DNA from: a virus
Taxonomy: Duplodnaviria; Caudoviricetes
Length of the DNA: 47,710 nucleotides
Strand: one strand, 5' to 3'
Virus record (IMG/VR): IMGVR_UViG_3300037183_000093
Location: 1 to 47,710 of that record
Below the pieces are notes generated by a model, which was given only the letters and a program-made list of their open reading frames with translations, searched no databases and was not told the origin of the DNA. Below are positions 37,195 through 45,924 of this stretch, one piece after another (the stretch's first letter is position 1; the number at the start of each line of letters is the position of its first letter). The position numbers and the translations under genes were made by a program.

Positions 37195-37602
37195 TCAGAT
37201 TTCCTTGGCCACAGGCACGTCGGTGAGGACGATCTCAGCGAACGCGGTTTCGAACAACGCGGCCAGCTTGGTCACGAGGCCGTACAGCTCGACAGCGGCC
37301 AAAGAATCTGCCACGTTGCGGCCGGTGGCAGCCCATCCGATCTGGCACTCTACCTCGTGGGTGACAAACTTGTCGGCCTTCATCACGTCCCAGTCACGAT
37401 TGAAATTGACCGTCAACGTGCAGTCGCAGGCCCACGCTTGCTCGAACCGGAGGTAGAGCGTCCGGCTGGAGGAACGGGCCTTGAGGCACTCGAGCAGTTT
37501 GGCAGACTGTTCCTCATCGAGGACGGGGCGGACGGTGAAGATGCTCGCGGCGGCGACCATCGCGGTGAACAGGGCGGAGACTTCGGAGGAGGTAGTTTTC
37601 AT
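37195..37602 (-). CDS. Hypothetical protein
   Basis: 135 aa immediately after promoter-like motif copy B. Confidence 0.6.
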   Translation of the reverse strand: MKTTSSEVSALFTAMVAAASIFTVRPVLDEEQSAKLLECLKARSSSRTLYLRFEQAWACDCTLTVNFNRDWDVMKADKFVTHEVECQIGWAATGRNVADSLAAVELYGLVTKLAALFETAFAEIVLTDVPVAKEI

Positions 37603-37650
37603 AGCTGACCCAGGTTATCGTCCCGCCGCGCGCAAATGTAAAGCCAAAAA
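37600..37650 (-). promoter_or_regulatory. Conserved early promoter-like motif, copy B
   Basis: - strand TTTTGGCTTTACATTTGCGCGCGGCGGGACGATAACCT...GCTATG; TTTACA is -35-like and TAACCT -10-like. Confidence 0.6.
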
Positions 37651-37654
37651 GATT

Positions 37655-39034
37655 TCATGCCACAAGTTGCTCACGCCAGGTATGTAATGCGCTTAACAGC
37701 GCAGCCTGCTCCTCGTCCTTGGAGCGCAGCGCCTCGGCGACGACGTCGTCCATGGTGCCCCGGGTGCTCAGGTGGTAGACGCGGGTGACAGCGTCCTGGC
37801 CCAGGCGGGCCACGCGGCGCACGGCCTGCCAGTAGTCCTCCGGCGACCACGGCAGCGTGAACCAGACGACGGTGCTCCCGCCGTCTTGCAGATTGAGGCC
37901 GTGTGCCATGCTGCGGGGGTGCGCCGCCAGCACGCCGATGCACCCCGCATTCCACGCCTCGACGAGCTGCTCCTGGCGCCGGGGTGTGTCGGCCTCGCGG
38001 AAGGCCACCACGCCGGGGAACGCCGCCTGGATCCGCTCCAGCTCGTGCTGGTACTGGTAGAAGAGGAGCACCGGCTCGCGGCCCACCTGCTCGAGCAGCC
38101 GCCCCAGAGCCTCGATCTTGGCGCGGTGCAGTTCGTGCCACCGGCCAGCGTCGTCGTACACGGCGCCGCTGGTGATCTGGAGCAGCTTCCCGACGAGCAC
38201 GGCCGCGTTGCTGGCCACGATCGTCTCGCCGCCGTCGAGGAGTATGATGAGCTCCTTCTCCATCTGGTCGTACTGGTCCTGGGCCTCGGCGGGCAGTGCC
38301 AGTTCCACGTCCTCGCGCACGATGTCCGGGATGTGGAGCCACTCGCTGCTGCGCAGCACCAGGGCCAGGTCGCCGATCTGGCGGTAGATTCGCTCGCGGG
38401 CACCCTCCTGAGGCACCCAGTTGTACTTGTTCCAGTCGGTGGCCTGGAAGAACGCATCCCGATGTGCACAGAACTCGGGGCCGAGCCGCCGCCCCCCGTC
38501 GAGCAGGCGCACCTGCGCGAACAGCTCCAGCAGGCTGTTGGGCGCCGGGGTGCCCGTCATGCCCCAGTGGCGCCGGCAGTACTTGCGGAGCCACTTCCGG
38601 ACGCCATTGATGCGGGTACTGTTGTGGTTCTTGGCGCGCGTCAGCTCGTCCCACACGACCGTGTCGTACGGCGTGCGCTCGCGCATGCTCGTGAGCTCCT
38701 CGCGGACGCGGGGCAGCTGTTCGTAGTTGGTCAGGTAGATGTCCGCTGCCCCGGCGCGCAGGGCCTTGAGGCCCCGGGCCGTGCGCAGGTTGACAGTGCG
38801 CAGATGGCGCGTGCTGTCCCACTTTGCGACCTCCGCTGGCCACGTCAGGTTGGCCACGCGCATCGGAGCCACTACCAGGGCGCCGCGGCTGGCCCCGCTG
38901 ACAAGGTCCTCCGCCAGCCGGTGTAGGACGACGGCCGTCTTGCCCAGGCCGCAGCCCATGAACAGCGCGGCCTCGTCGTGCTCCTGCAGGTGGAAGTCGG
39001 CGAGGTCCTGCGGTATGCTGGGCTGGTAGATCAC
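37655..39034 (-). CDS. SNF2-family (SF2) helicase
   Basis: MGCGLGKT; TNYE; VVWDE; MTGTP; HGLNLQ; RVARLGQ. GTG start overlaps the VRR-NUC stop. Confidence 0.9.
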   Translation of the reverse strand: MIYQPSIPQDLADFHLQEHDEAALFMGCGLGKTAVVLHRLAEDLVSGASRGALVVAPMRVANLTWPAEVAKWDSTRHLRTVNLRTARGLKALRAGAADIYLTNYEQLPRVREELTSMRERTPYDTVVWDELTRAKNHNSTRINGVRKWLRKYCRRHWGMTGTPAPNSLLELFAQVRLLDGGRRLGPEFCAHRDAFFQATDWNKYNWVPQEGARERIYRQIGDLALVLRSSEWLHIPDIVREDVELALPAEAQDQYDQMEKELIILLDGGETIVASNAAVLVGKLLQITSGAVYDDAGRWHELHRAKIEALGRLLEQVGREPVLLFYQYQHELERIQAAFPGVVAFREADTPRRQEQLVEAWNAGCIGVLAAHPRSMAHGLNLQDGGSTVVWFTLPWSPEDYWQAVRRVARLGQDAVTRVYHLSTRGTMDDVVAEALRSKDEEQAALLSALHTWREQLVA

Positions 39035-39324
39035 AGGAGCTCGTTGAGGTATAGCTGCAGGGCCTCCATGCCGCGCTCGACGCTGTCGCACCAGTCGGCG
39101 TTGCCGCCGGCCAGACGGATCTCCGCGATCTCATGCTTCTGCAGCTTGGTCGGCCCCTGGCCGGGGCGCTTGACTTCGAGGAACAGCACCTTGCCCCGGT
39201 GGATGAAGATACGGTCCGGGACGCCGCGGCGCGCGGGCGAGGAGAACTTGCGGGTGTAGATGCCGTGCACCCTGGCGTAGCGCACCAGGGCGGCCTCCAC
39301 CGCGGACTCACGTTGCGCTGCCAT
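39031..39324 (-). CDS. VRR-NUC domain endonuclease
   Basis: RESAVE; SPARRGVPDRI; FLEVKRPG..PTKLQ. Confidence 0.9.
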   Translation of the reverse strand: MAAQRESAVEAALVRYARVHGIYTRKFSSPARRGVPDRIFIHRGKVLFLEVKRPGQGPTKLQKHEIAEIRLAGGNADWCDSVERGMEALQLYLNELL

Positions 39325-39622
39325 AGGCCACCTCAATCATGCGGGCGCGCTCCCGGGACAGGATGCGCGCGATGAGCTTGCGGACGATGACGTAACGGGG
39401 CCGGTGGGCGGCGACGAACGTGCCGCGCGGGCCACCCACGACCGTCGGCGTGGCCTCGATGATGAGCATGCGCTGCAGGTCCTCGGTGCGGACAGTGTCC
39501 AGGACGAGCAGCTCGTTGAGCCGGCCAGAGCTGGCCAGGTGGGGGGCCAGGCGGCGCAGGTCGCGCCGGGTGACCTCGACGGGCCGGAGCGGCTGGAAGA
39601 GCTTGGCAGAGTATGTTGGCAT
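39308..39622 (-). CDS. Hypothetical protein
   Basis: ATG 39622 (MPTYSAKLF); Arg-rich helices. Confidence 0.6.
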   Translation of the reverse strand: MPTYSAKLFQPLRPVEVTRRDLRRLAPHLASSGRLNELLVLDTVRTEDLQRMLIIEATPTVVGGPRGTFVAAHRPRYVIVRKLIARILSRERARMIEVAYGSAT

Positions 39623-39638
39623 TGTGTAGTGGGTGGGG

Positions 39639-39854
39639 TCAGTTGCGGTGGGGATTGACGGGCGAGTGCGGGCGCCGGAGGAGCACCGCGGGATGCTGCT
39701 CGGGCGGCTGGGGAAAGATGAACGGGCGCCGGCGGTCGACCACGACGACCAGGTACAGCGCGATGAGGGGAGCCAGCGCGGCGCACGCGGCACCCAGGCA
39801 GGCGAGGGCGATGGTGGCGAGCAGCCAGGCAACGACGGTGCGAGTGGTTTTCAT
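39639..39854 (-). CDS. Small membrane protein
   Basis: Long hydrophobic stretch; ATGA overlap with the polymerase stop. Confidence 0.5.
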   Translation of the reverse strand: MKTTRTVVAWLLATIALACLGAACAALAPLIALYLVVVVDRRRPFIFPQPPEQHPAVLLRRPHSPVNPHRN

Positions 39855-41893
39855 AGCTTGAGGTAGTAGGGGACGACCTTACCTTCGGCGACCAGCGGCA
39901 TGCCGGCGGCCCAGGCAGGAAGGTCAGTGAGCGCGGCGACGAACTCCTCCACCGGACGGCCGTCGTTGATAGCTAGGGACTGGTCATGGATGATCATGAA
40001 CACGTCGAAGTCGCGCTCGAGCGCGGTCACCGTGCCGTGGGCCATGAAGTCGCCGGCGGTGCCCTGGGTGGCATTCTCGACGAGCTTACCCCCATAGGTG
40101 GAGACGCGGCCCCACTGGTTGCGGTTGCCGGGCAACTTGCCGTAGTAGGTGATGCCGTCCTTGCCCTTGGCCGCATTGAACTCGATCATGGGCCACGGGT
40201 ACACGATGCTGCGGCCCGCGGGAATTCGCATCGCCAGGAAGGGAATGCCTCCGGTAGTCACCACGGCGAAGCGCAGGTACGGCCCGGCGCGGAACGTCTT
40301 CCCGGGGTGCAGGATGGCGTTGCGTGCGGCACGGTCCGCGTCGTACCACAGGTTGACCACCTTATCGTGCTCCTCACGGAAGAGCACGACAGCTGTGTGC
40401 GCCAGCTCGGGAGTGACCTTGATGCCCTTGATCTTGTACTGCTCGGCCTTCTCTACGCACTGCCATAGGAACTTGTCCACCCACATCTGGAACCCGCAGC
40501 CCAGGACGGTCTGCTTGCCCAGCCAGCGCTCGTCCTTGGTGACGTCCTTCCAGTCCTTGCCGAAGATGAGCGACGCCATGCGCACGTAGCGGTCGTGCTC
40601 CTTGCTGCCGGTGCTGTCGTACAGGCGGAAGCCCTCCAGTGCGTCCTCCTGCCCTGCCAGCCAGCAGACGATGCGCGCCTCCACAGCGCTGTAGTCCGCG
40701 TCGTAGATGGTCTGCCCGGCCGGGGGCTGAATGTAATGGCGGATGCAAGAGGCGATGACGTCCAGCGGCGTGCCGTAGAGCAGCTCCATGGAATCCACGG
40801 TGGCCACCACGCCCGAGCACATGTCGGCGTAGGCAGCCTGGGTGTCGGGGAAGGTGGGGCGCTTGTAGTTCTGCGGCTGGATAAGCTCCCCCGCCCAGCG
40901 GCCAGGGCCGGCGCCGTACCAGCGCAGCGTGCCGCGCACGAGGCCGTCGCCGCAGTCGCAGTCCAGCATGGTCTGCACCTTGTTCACGGCGGAGAAGCTC
41001 AGGTCCTGCTTGAGCTCCATGGCGAAGAGTGCCTCGTCGTCGCCCCAGTCGGGCTTCTCCAGCGCCCGGGTCACGCTGACGGCCTTCATGTCGCCGCCGC
41101 GGTATCCCCGGGCCTCGAACCACTCGAGGACGCGTTCGCGCTGGCCGTGGTTGAACCCGGTGATCCGGCGGAACAGGGCGCCGATGTCGCGCTGGGCCTC
41201 GTCGATGATGACCTGGGTGCGACGCAAAGCGTCCACGTTGACCGGGACGCCGCGGTCGTTCAGGCGCACGGTGGCTTGCCAGGAGGCGAGGGCCGCGCCG
41301 CGGAGCTCGAACGCGCTGAGCTGGTGGCCCACGCCGCGCTCGCTGCGCACGTCCTGCCGGCAGTACTCGACGAACGCCCACCACTTCTCTGGCTCTTCCC
41401 ACGGCATGACACGGCGGCCCTTGTACTTGCCCGCGCGCTGGGGCATGCAGAACAACCGGATGAGGGCCTTGCCGGCGGCGTCCTTCTGCTCGCCGCCCAG
41501 CACGGCCGTCAGCGGGGCCAGGCTGCCCGGCAGCGCCGCGCGCCTGGCCATGGCGGCCGTGCATCGCCACTGGTCCAGCGGCGGCGGCTCCAGGCCCAGG
41601 TCCAGCCACATGCGGTAGCGGCTGATGGCGATCTCGAACGTGGCGCTGTGCGCGTAGTTCTCTGTGTCCGGCTCGTGCGCGACGAGCGCCCACTCCAGCG
41701 CCACCGGGTCCTGCTCCAGGCCGAACGCCTCCAGCACGTCCGGGGGGAACAGGACCCGCGGCTCCTCGTCGTCCAGTGCCAGGGCCAGCATGAGGATGCG
41801 CGTGTCCGGGTCGCTCGCGTAGCGGTAGGCGCCCAGCTCCTCCAGGTCCACGGTGCCGAACGTCTCGTAGTCTTTGTGGACGCGGTGGCCCAT
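39851..41893 (-). CDS. DNA polymerase, family A (with 3'-5' exonuclease)
   Basis: ExoI DYET; ExoIII YCRQDV; motif A DADYSAVEAR; motif B RWLGKQTVLGCGF; motif C IIHDQ; TYGGKLVENATQ. Confidence 0.95.
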   Translation of the reverse strand: MGHRVHKDYETFGTVDLEELGAYRYASDPDTRILMLALALDDEEPRVLFPPDVLEAFGLEQDPVALEWALVAHEPDTENYAHSATFEIAISRYRMWLDLGLEPPPLDQWRCTAAMARRAALPGSLAPLTAVLGGEQKDAAGKALIRLFCMPQRAGKYKGRRVMPWEEPEKWWAFVEYCRQDVRSERGVGHQLSAFELRGAALASWQATVRLNDRGVPVNVDALRRTQVIIDEAQRDIGALFRRITGFNHGQRERVLEWFEARGYRGGDMKAVSVTRALEKPDWGDDEALFAMELKQDLSFSAVNKVQTMLDCDCGDGLVRGTLRWYGAGPGRWAGELIQPQNYKRPTFPDTQAAYADMCSGVVATVDSMELLYGTPLDVIASCIRHYIQPPAGQTIYDADYSAVEARIVCWLAGQEDALEGFRLYDSTGSKEHDRYVRMASLIFGKDWKDVTKDERWLGKQTVLGCGFQMWVDKFLWQCVEKAEQYKIKGIKVTPELAHTAVVLFREEHDKVVNLWYDADRAARNAILHPGKTFRAGPYLRFAVVTTGGIPFLAMRIPAGRSIVYPWPMIEFNAAKGKDGITYYGKLPGNRNQWGRVSTYGGKLVENATQGTAGDFMAHGTVTALERDFDVFMIIHDQSLAINDGRPVEEFVAALTDLPAWAAGMPLVAEGKVVPYYLKL

Positions 41894-41896
41894 GGG

Positions 41897-42262
41897 CTAC
41901 AGCATCTCCTCGCCGGGCAGCGCGGTGGCCAACGGGACGGGCGTCCCGCGGTCCAGCTTGGCAACGTCCGCCGGGTTGATAGCGGGGTAGGTGCCCGGGA
42001 CGTGCGGTGGTGGGGTCATGGGCACCACAGGTGCCAGGGGCAGCTGGGTCTGGCCGGGCGCGTCGGGCTTCACCTTGCGGGCCGGCTTCTTGACCGGGGC
42101 AGCCTTGGCCTTGCGCTGCATGGCGTGGAGCTTCTTCAGGTGTGCCCGCATCTTCTTGGACAGGGGCTTCTTGATCTTGGCGACGACAGGCGCGGCCTTC
42201 TTGGCCGGTCCGTACTGGCGGGTGAACTTCTTGACGGGTTTTTTCTTGCTGGTCTTCTTCAT
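41897..42262 (-). CDS. Lys-rich histone H1-like basic protein
   Basis: N-terminal half dominated by K/A/P (KKPVKK, AKKAAP); Pro-rich tail ending GEEML. Confidence 0.7.
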   Translation of the reverse strand: MKKTSKKKPVKKFTRQYGPAKKAAPVVAKIKKPLSKKMRAHLKKLHAMQRKAKAAPVKKPARKVKPDAPGQTQLPLAPVVPMTPPPHVPGTYPAINPADVAKLDRGTPVPLATALPGEEML

Positions 42263-42289
42263 GTGATGGTGGGGTTGCGGTTGGAGAGA

Positions 42290-42585
42290 AAGTGGACTCG
42301 CGCGTCAGGTGTTCAGCTGCGGTACCTCTACCGGGTCCGGGGGCGTCCCACGCCGGCTCCTATGCCCCGGCGCGCGAGTAGGTGGGGTCCAGCCAGGGCC
42401 AGGAGCGGTTGAGCGCGGGTGGCGCTCGCAGGGTTGCCCATGTAATCGCGGGCGGCAGCCGTGGATCGCTTTTGGCGATGGCGGCACTTGCTACCTTCTC
42501 TTGCCCTGGGTGGTCTGGCCGGACCTGCCCCGCCACCGATGCACCCCATGCGGGGCGCTGGTGGTCTTACGGGCAAAGTGCTGCA
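42290..42585 (-). ncRNA. Candidate structured non-coding RNA/cis element
   Basis: ~340-nt gap without a credible ORF. Nested stems ACTCGCGCG/CGCGCGAGT (42296/42371), CCGGGG/CCCCGG, GCACTT/AAGTGC, TGCCC/GGGCA, CCACC/GGTGG, plus small hairpins. Confidence 0.45.
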
Positions 42586-42605
42586 AAGAACAGCGAACAG
42601 AGGTC

Positions 42606-43208
42606 CTACAGGAGGTCCTCGGCGGCGGCGGCGGGTGCCTCGTCCTCGCCCTCGAACTCGTCGGCGGCATCCACACTGCTCTCGCCGAACGGCTCGCCTT
42701 CGGCCCAGAACTGGACGGCGCGGATCTGGGCGTTGACGCGCTTGCCCCACTTGGGGTTCTTGACGCCGTCCTGCGCCCACAGGCGGATGCTGGCGTTCAC
42801 GTAGCAGCCGCCATAGGGACGGCCGTCCTCGCCGGTGAGCGGGGCCAGGTTGCGGTCGACCACCACCGGGCGGCGCTTGCTGTTGGCAGCCAGGTAGGCG
42901 ATCTCGGCCGAGTAGCCGTCGATGCCGCGCTCGCCCTTCTCCTTGCCAGAGCGGATGCAGACGCGGTCGGCGCCCGGGTGGACGCCGCGGAGGCCGTTCT
43001 TGACGATGAGGGCGATGCCCTGCTTGACGATCTCGAGGTTCTGCTCGGGGTCGCCCTGGCGGAGCATGAGGAACGTGGCCTGGTGGACCGGCTCCTTGCC
43101 CGGCTCGAACGCGCGGGGCTTGAACAGGGCAGGGAAGCTGAGGCGGACGTTGCGGAGGCGGACGGTAGCGGACCCGTCCTTGTTTTCTACGATGCGTGGC
43201 TTACTCAT
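42606..43208 (-). CDS. Single-stranded DNA-binding protein (DUF2815-like)
   Basis: VRLSFPALFKP; YGGCYVNASI; VNAQIRAVQFWAEGEPFG; acidic C-tail. Confidence 0.9.
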   Translation of the reverse strand: MSKPRIVENKDGSATVRLRNVRLSFPALFKPRAFEPGKEPVHQATFLMLRQGDPEQNLEIVKQGIALIVKNGLRGVHPGADRVCIRSGKEKGERGIDGYSAEIAYLAANSKRRPVVVDRNLAPLTGEDGRPYGGCYVNASIRLWAQDGVKNPKWGKRVNAQIRAVQFWAEGEPFGESSVDAADEFEGEDEAPAAAAEDLL

Positions 43209-43261
43209 GATGACTCGTGTGGTTTCGTGTTGGTTGTGCCCACGGGGGGGGGCGTGAAAGG

Positions 43262-44494
43262 TTAGAGGAGCTCCTCGCCGGCGGCGTCGAACTCAGCGGC
43301 GGCAGCCGCGCGCAGGTCGAGCGGCGGACGCTCGTCGCTCAGGGGCGCCAGGACCGGGCCGCCCTCGGGCCGGGTGACCAGGGCGGTGAACTCGTCCCAC
43401 ATCTTCTGGCGGCAGTTGCGCTCCTTCATCAGCACCTCGGCCTGGGCGGGAGAGATGAGCTCGGACGGGGTGGCTACCGCGGGGGAGAACATGCGGCGCA
43501 GGAGCGCCTCGGCGGCGGCGGGATCGGTCCACTTCCGGCGGCCGGGTTGCCCCTGCACCAGCTTGCGCCCGGGGATGGGGGTGCCGGCCTGGGCCAGCGC
43601 CAGAGCGTGCGCCTCCACCTTGCCCAGCCACTTGTGGAGCGGCTCGGACACGGCGAGGATGCGGGCCACCTGGTCCACGGTGAGGGTGCCCGGGTCGGGC
43701 GGAGAAATGGGGGCGTCAGGCTGCCGGACGTCCAGCGCCACGGCGGGCAGCACCGGGTCGACCTCGCCCAGCAGGTAGCGGGCGCGGTGCTCGCACACGG
43801 GCGCGGCGGGGCAGAACTGGCACTGATCGTCGCCCGGTTCGAACTTCTGCTCGCGGGGGCGGGCCTGGATGTCCGCGGCGACGCCGTCGATCCAGTCGCA
43901 GCCGTTCTGGATGTCGCTGAGGGTGACATCCCAGGTGCGCTCGGTCTTCTCGCCCTGCACGCGGGGCTGCCAGATGGTGAGGTGCGCCATGGTGGCCGGC
44001 GTCAGGGGGTACAGATCCTGCAGCTGATTGACCAGCGACTTGGTGTAGATGGTGAGCTGCGGGTTGCGCACGGCCTGCACGCTGACCCCGCGGCCGTACT
44101 TTAGGTCGATGGGGTAGATGTGGCTGCCGTCGGGTACGATCAGCGCGACGTCCACGTACCCGTGACGCTCCTCGGCATAGTAGACTTCGACGCGGTGCTC
44201 CACCAGAAGCTCGGCGCCGGGGTGCCGCTTCTGCAGCTTGCGCACGTGGGCAACATAGGCCCGCACATGGGTGAGCATCTCCTTGTTGGCGTCGGGTGGG
44301 GCCTCGCCGCCCCGGAGCATGAGGGCGGCCAGCTTGTGGGCCTGCTCGCCCTCGACGGTGTACTCGAAGATCTGCCTGGGCAGCTTGCCGGCGGCCTCCA
44401 GGTCGGCCACGTAGGCCGGCGACGCGCGACACACCAGCCACCGGTGGGCGTCGCTGGGGCGGAGCTTGATGATGGCTGGCGTGCGCGCGGTCAT
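43262..44494 (-). CDS. PD-(D/E)xK Cas4-like exonuclease (DUF2800-like)
   Basis: LRPSDAHRWLVCRAS; EGEQAH; GYVD; IDLKYGRG; NPQLTIY; IWQPR; PGDDQCQFCPA..VC. Confidence 0.9.
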   Translation of the reverse strand: MTARTPAIIKLRPSDAHRWLVCRASPAYVADLEAAGKLPRQIFEYTVEGEQAHKLAALMLRGGEAPPDANKEMLTHVRAYVAHVRKLQKRHPGAELLVEHRVEVYYAEERHGYVDVALIVPDGSHIYPIDLKYGRGVSVQAVRNPQLTIYTKSLVNQLQDLYPLTPATMAHLTIWQPRVQGEKTERTWDVTLSDIQNGCDWIDGVAADIQARPREQKFEPGDDQCQFCPAAPVCEHRARYLLGEVDPVLPAVALDVRQPDAPISPPDPGTLTVDQVARILAVSEPLHKWLGKVEAHALALAQAGTPIPGRKLVQGQPGRRKWTDPAAAEALLRRMFSPAVATPSELISPAQAEVLMKERNCRQKMWDEFTALVTRPEGGPVLAPLSDERPPLDLRAAAAAEFDAAGEELL

Positions 44495-44497
44495 GGC

Positions 44498-44902
44498 TTA
44501 GAGGGCATCCTCACCCGCCGGGGCGACGAGCGCGCGCAGGGCGGCGTCGATCTGCGGGTAGAGAGCCGGGTCGGCCGTGGTGATGCTGGCGGAGCCGAGG
44601 GCCGTCAGGGCGGCCTTCATCTCGATGTTCTTGCCGGCCGCGATGCAGGCGCGGCCCAGCGCGCGGCAGGACTCCAGCGTGGGGGCGCCGTCGGCAGGCG
44701 GCAGTGCGGCGGGGGCCGCCGGGGGCGGTGTCGCGGCCTTGGGAGCTGCGGGCGCCTTGGGAGCGGCGGGGGTCTTCGGGGCCGCGAGTGCGGCAGCAGC
44801 TGCCGCCTTGGGCGCGGCACCTGCGAGAAGCGCAGCCACCTCGGCGGTGGCGGTGCGCAGTGCGGCGACGTTGTCGCCGACGATCGTGATCTGGATGGAC
44901 AT
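44498..44902 (-). CDS. Ala/Pro-rich protein with C-terminal helical domain
   Basis: PTLESCRA...LGSASIT..DP..Y is typical of the gene upstream of DUF2800 in such replication modules. Confidence 0.7.
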   Translation of the reverse strand: MSIQITIVGDNVAALRTATAEVAALLAGAAPKAAAAAALAAPKTPAAPKAPAAPKAATPPPAAPAALPPADGAPTLESCRALGRACIAAGKNIEMKAALTALGSASITTADPALYPQIDAALRALVAPAGEDAL

Positions 44903-44940
44903 GTTGGTTATACCTTGGGTTGCGTTGAGACCCGTGGGGG

Positions 44941-45345
44941 TCAGGAAAGTAGGCGGCGCAGATACGCCGAGTGGCCCTCGACAGCGACGAGCTCCCAGCC
45001 GCCAATGCCGAGCTCACGGAGATAGTCAATCTGAGGCTCCGTGATCATGTACTCCCAGGCGTCAGGCTTGGCCGGCACCGGGGGCTGCACGGTGAAGTCC
45101 ATGGGGTACAGGTTCACCAGCTGGCCGTCGGGCATGAGCACGACGTAGACGCCGTCGCCAGCGTCGTAGCGCATGATCTCACCCTGCTGGCCGTCATACT
45201 CGACGAGGCTGGCGCGGGGAGAGCCGAGGACGTCGCGCAGGAACACGGCGCGCGGCCGGTCGGCCTTGTTTACCCAGGCGTGGAAGTCGATCTTGACGAG
45301 TCGGCCGATCAGACCGACGGAGGGCTTGACTTTGGAGGTTTTCAT
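44941..45345 (-). CDS. Hypothetical protein (C-terminal WEY...LG..GWELVAV, DUF4177-like)
   Basis: ATG 45345 (MKTSKVK). Confidence 0.65.
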   Translation of the reverse strand: MKTSKVKPSVGLIGRLVKIDFHAWVNKADRPRAVFLRDVLGSPRASLVEYDGQQGEIMRYDAGDGVYVVLMPDGQLVNLYPMDFTVQPPVPAKPDAWEYMITEPQIDYLRELGIGGWELVAVEGHSAYLRRLLS

Positions 45346-45404
45346 TAGCAGATACTTGTTCAGGGATTTTGGAATGGCAGACGGGAAGGTGGGTGGGGGG
45401 GGGA

Positions 45405-45914
45405 TCAGGAAACTTTGCCAGCGCAGCAGGTGCAGTCGGTGCAGCAGGTGCAGTCGGTGCAGTCGGTGCAGTCGGTGCAGCGGGTGCAGCGGGTGCAGCA
45501 GGTGCAGTCGGCGCAGCAGGCGCAGCGGGCGCAGTCGGTGCAGCCGGCGCAGTCGGCGCAGCCGGCGCAGCGGGCGCAGTCGGTGCAGCAGGTGCAGTCG
45601 GTGCAGTCGGCGCAGCCGGCGCAGCGGGCGCAGTCGGTGCAGCAGGTGCAGTCGGTGCAGTCGGCGCAGCGGGCGCAGTCGGTGCAGCAGGTGCAGTCGG
45701 TGCAGTCGGCGCAGCCGGCGCAGCGGGCGCAGTCGGTGCAGCAGGTGCAGTCGGTGCAGTCGGCGCAGCGGGCGCAGCACCAGGAGCCGAAATTGGTGGC
45801 ATTATCGTGCTCGTAATTGGGGTGCTCGGCAGCGAAAGCTGCGTCTACGCCGTTGACAGTCTTGTCCTCGCGAGCGAGGAACGCAGCGTAATCAGAATAA
45901 ACACAGGTCTTCAT
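45405..45914 (-). CDS. Cys-rich Cxx tandem-repeat protein
   Basis: 46-aa unique N-terminus plus 40 C-[A/T]-[D/R/G/C] units; 50 of 169 residues are Cys. ATG start with an A-rich leader on the operon strand. Confidence 0.75.
   Translation of the reverse strand: MKTCVYSDYAAFLAREDKTVNGVDAAFAAEHPNYEHDNATNFGSWCCARCADCTDCTCCTDCARCAGCADCTDCTCCTDCARCADCTDCTCCTDCARCAGCADCTDCTCCTDCARCAGCADCAGCTDCARCACCADCTCCTRCTRCTDCTDCTDCTCCTDCTCCAGKVS
45417..45776. repeat. 9-bp tandem repeat, 40 units, with higher-order 45/54-bp blocks
   Basis: - strand unit TGC-RCC-(GAC/CGC/GGC/TGC). Confidence 0.95.
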
Positions 45915-45924
45915 TTGGTATGTT

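Noticed and set aside
31769-41893. 2-aminoadenine (Z-genome) system, suggested by HD hydrolase + MazG-like protein + family A polymerase
   Set aside because: No PurZ/adenylosuccinate synthetase homolog in the genome; the neighbours point to pyrimidine modification.
42290-42585. tRNA gene
   Set aside because: No T-loop GTTCRA or cloverleaf of suitable size; retained only as a generic structured-RNA candidate.
43262-44494. CRISPR-associated Cas4
   Set aside because: Standard DUF2800-like phage exonuclease next to SSB and polymerase; no cas genes or array.
45417-45776. CRISPR array, or alternative APT/RLH/QSV repeat proteins
   Set aside because: No unique spacers. The other frames are open only because the 9-mer lacks stops; the Cys frame has the credible start, a unique N-terminus and operon orientation.
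4533-45856. Many long antisense/alternate-frame ORFs (e.g. 4533-5738+, 10181-11614-, 20013-21476-, 34721-36205+, 37671-39311-, 40595-42412+)
   Set aside because: Shadow ORFs expected at high GC; they overlap genes with clear family motifs and have R/P/G/A-biased composition.
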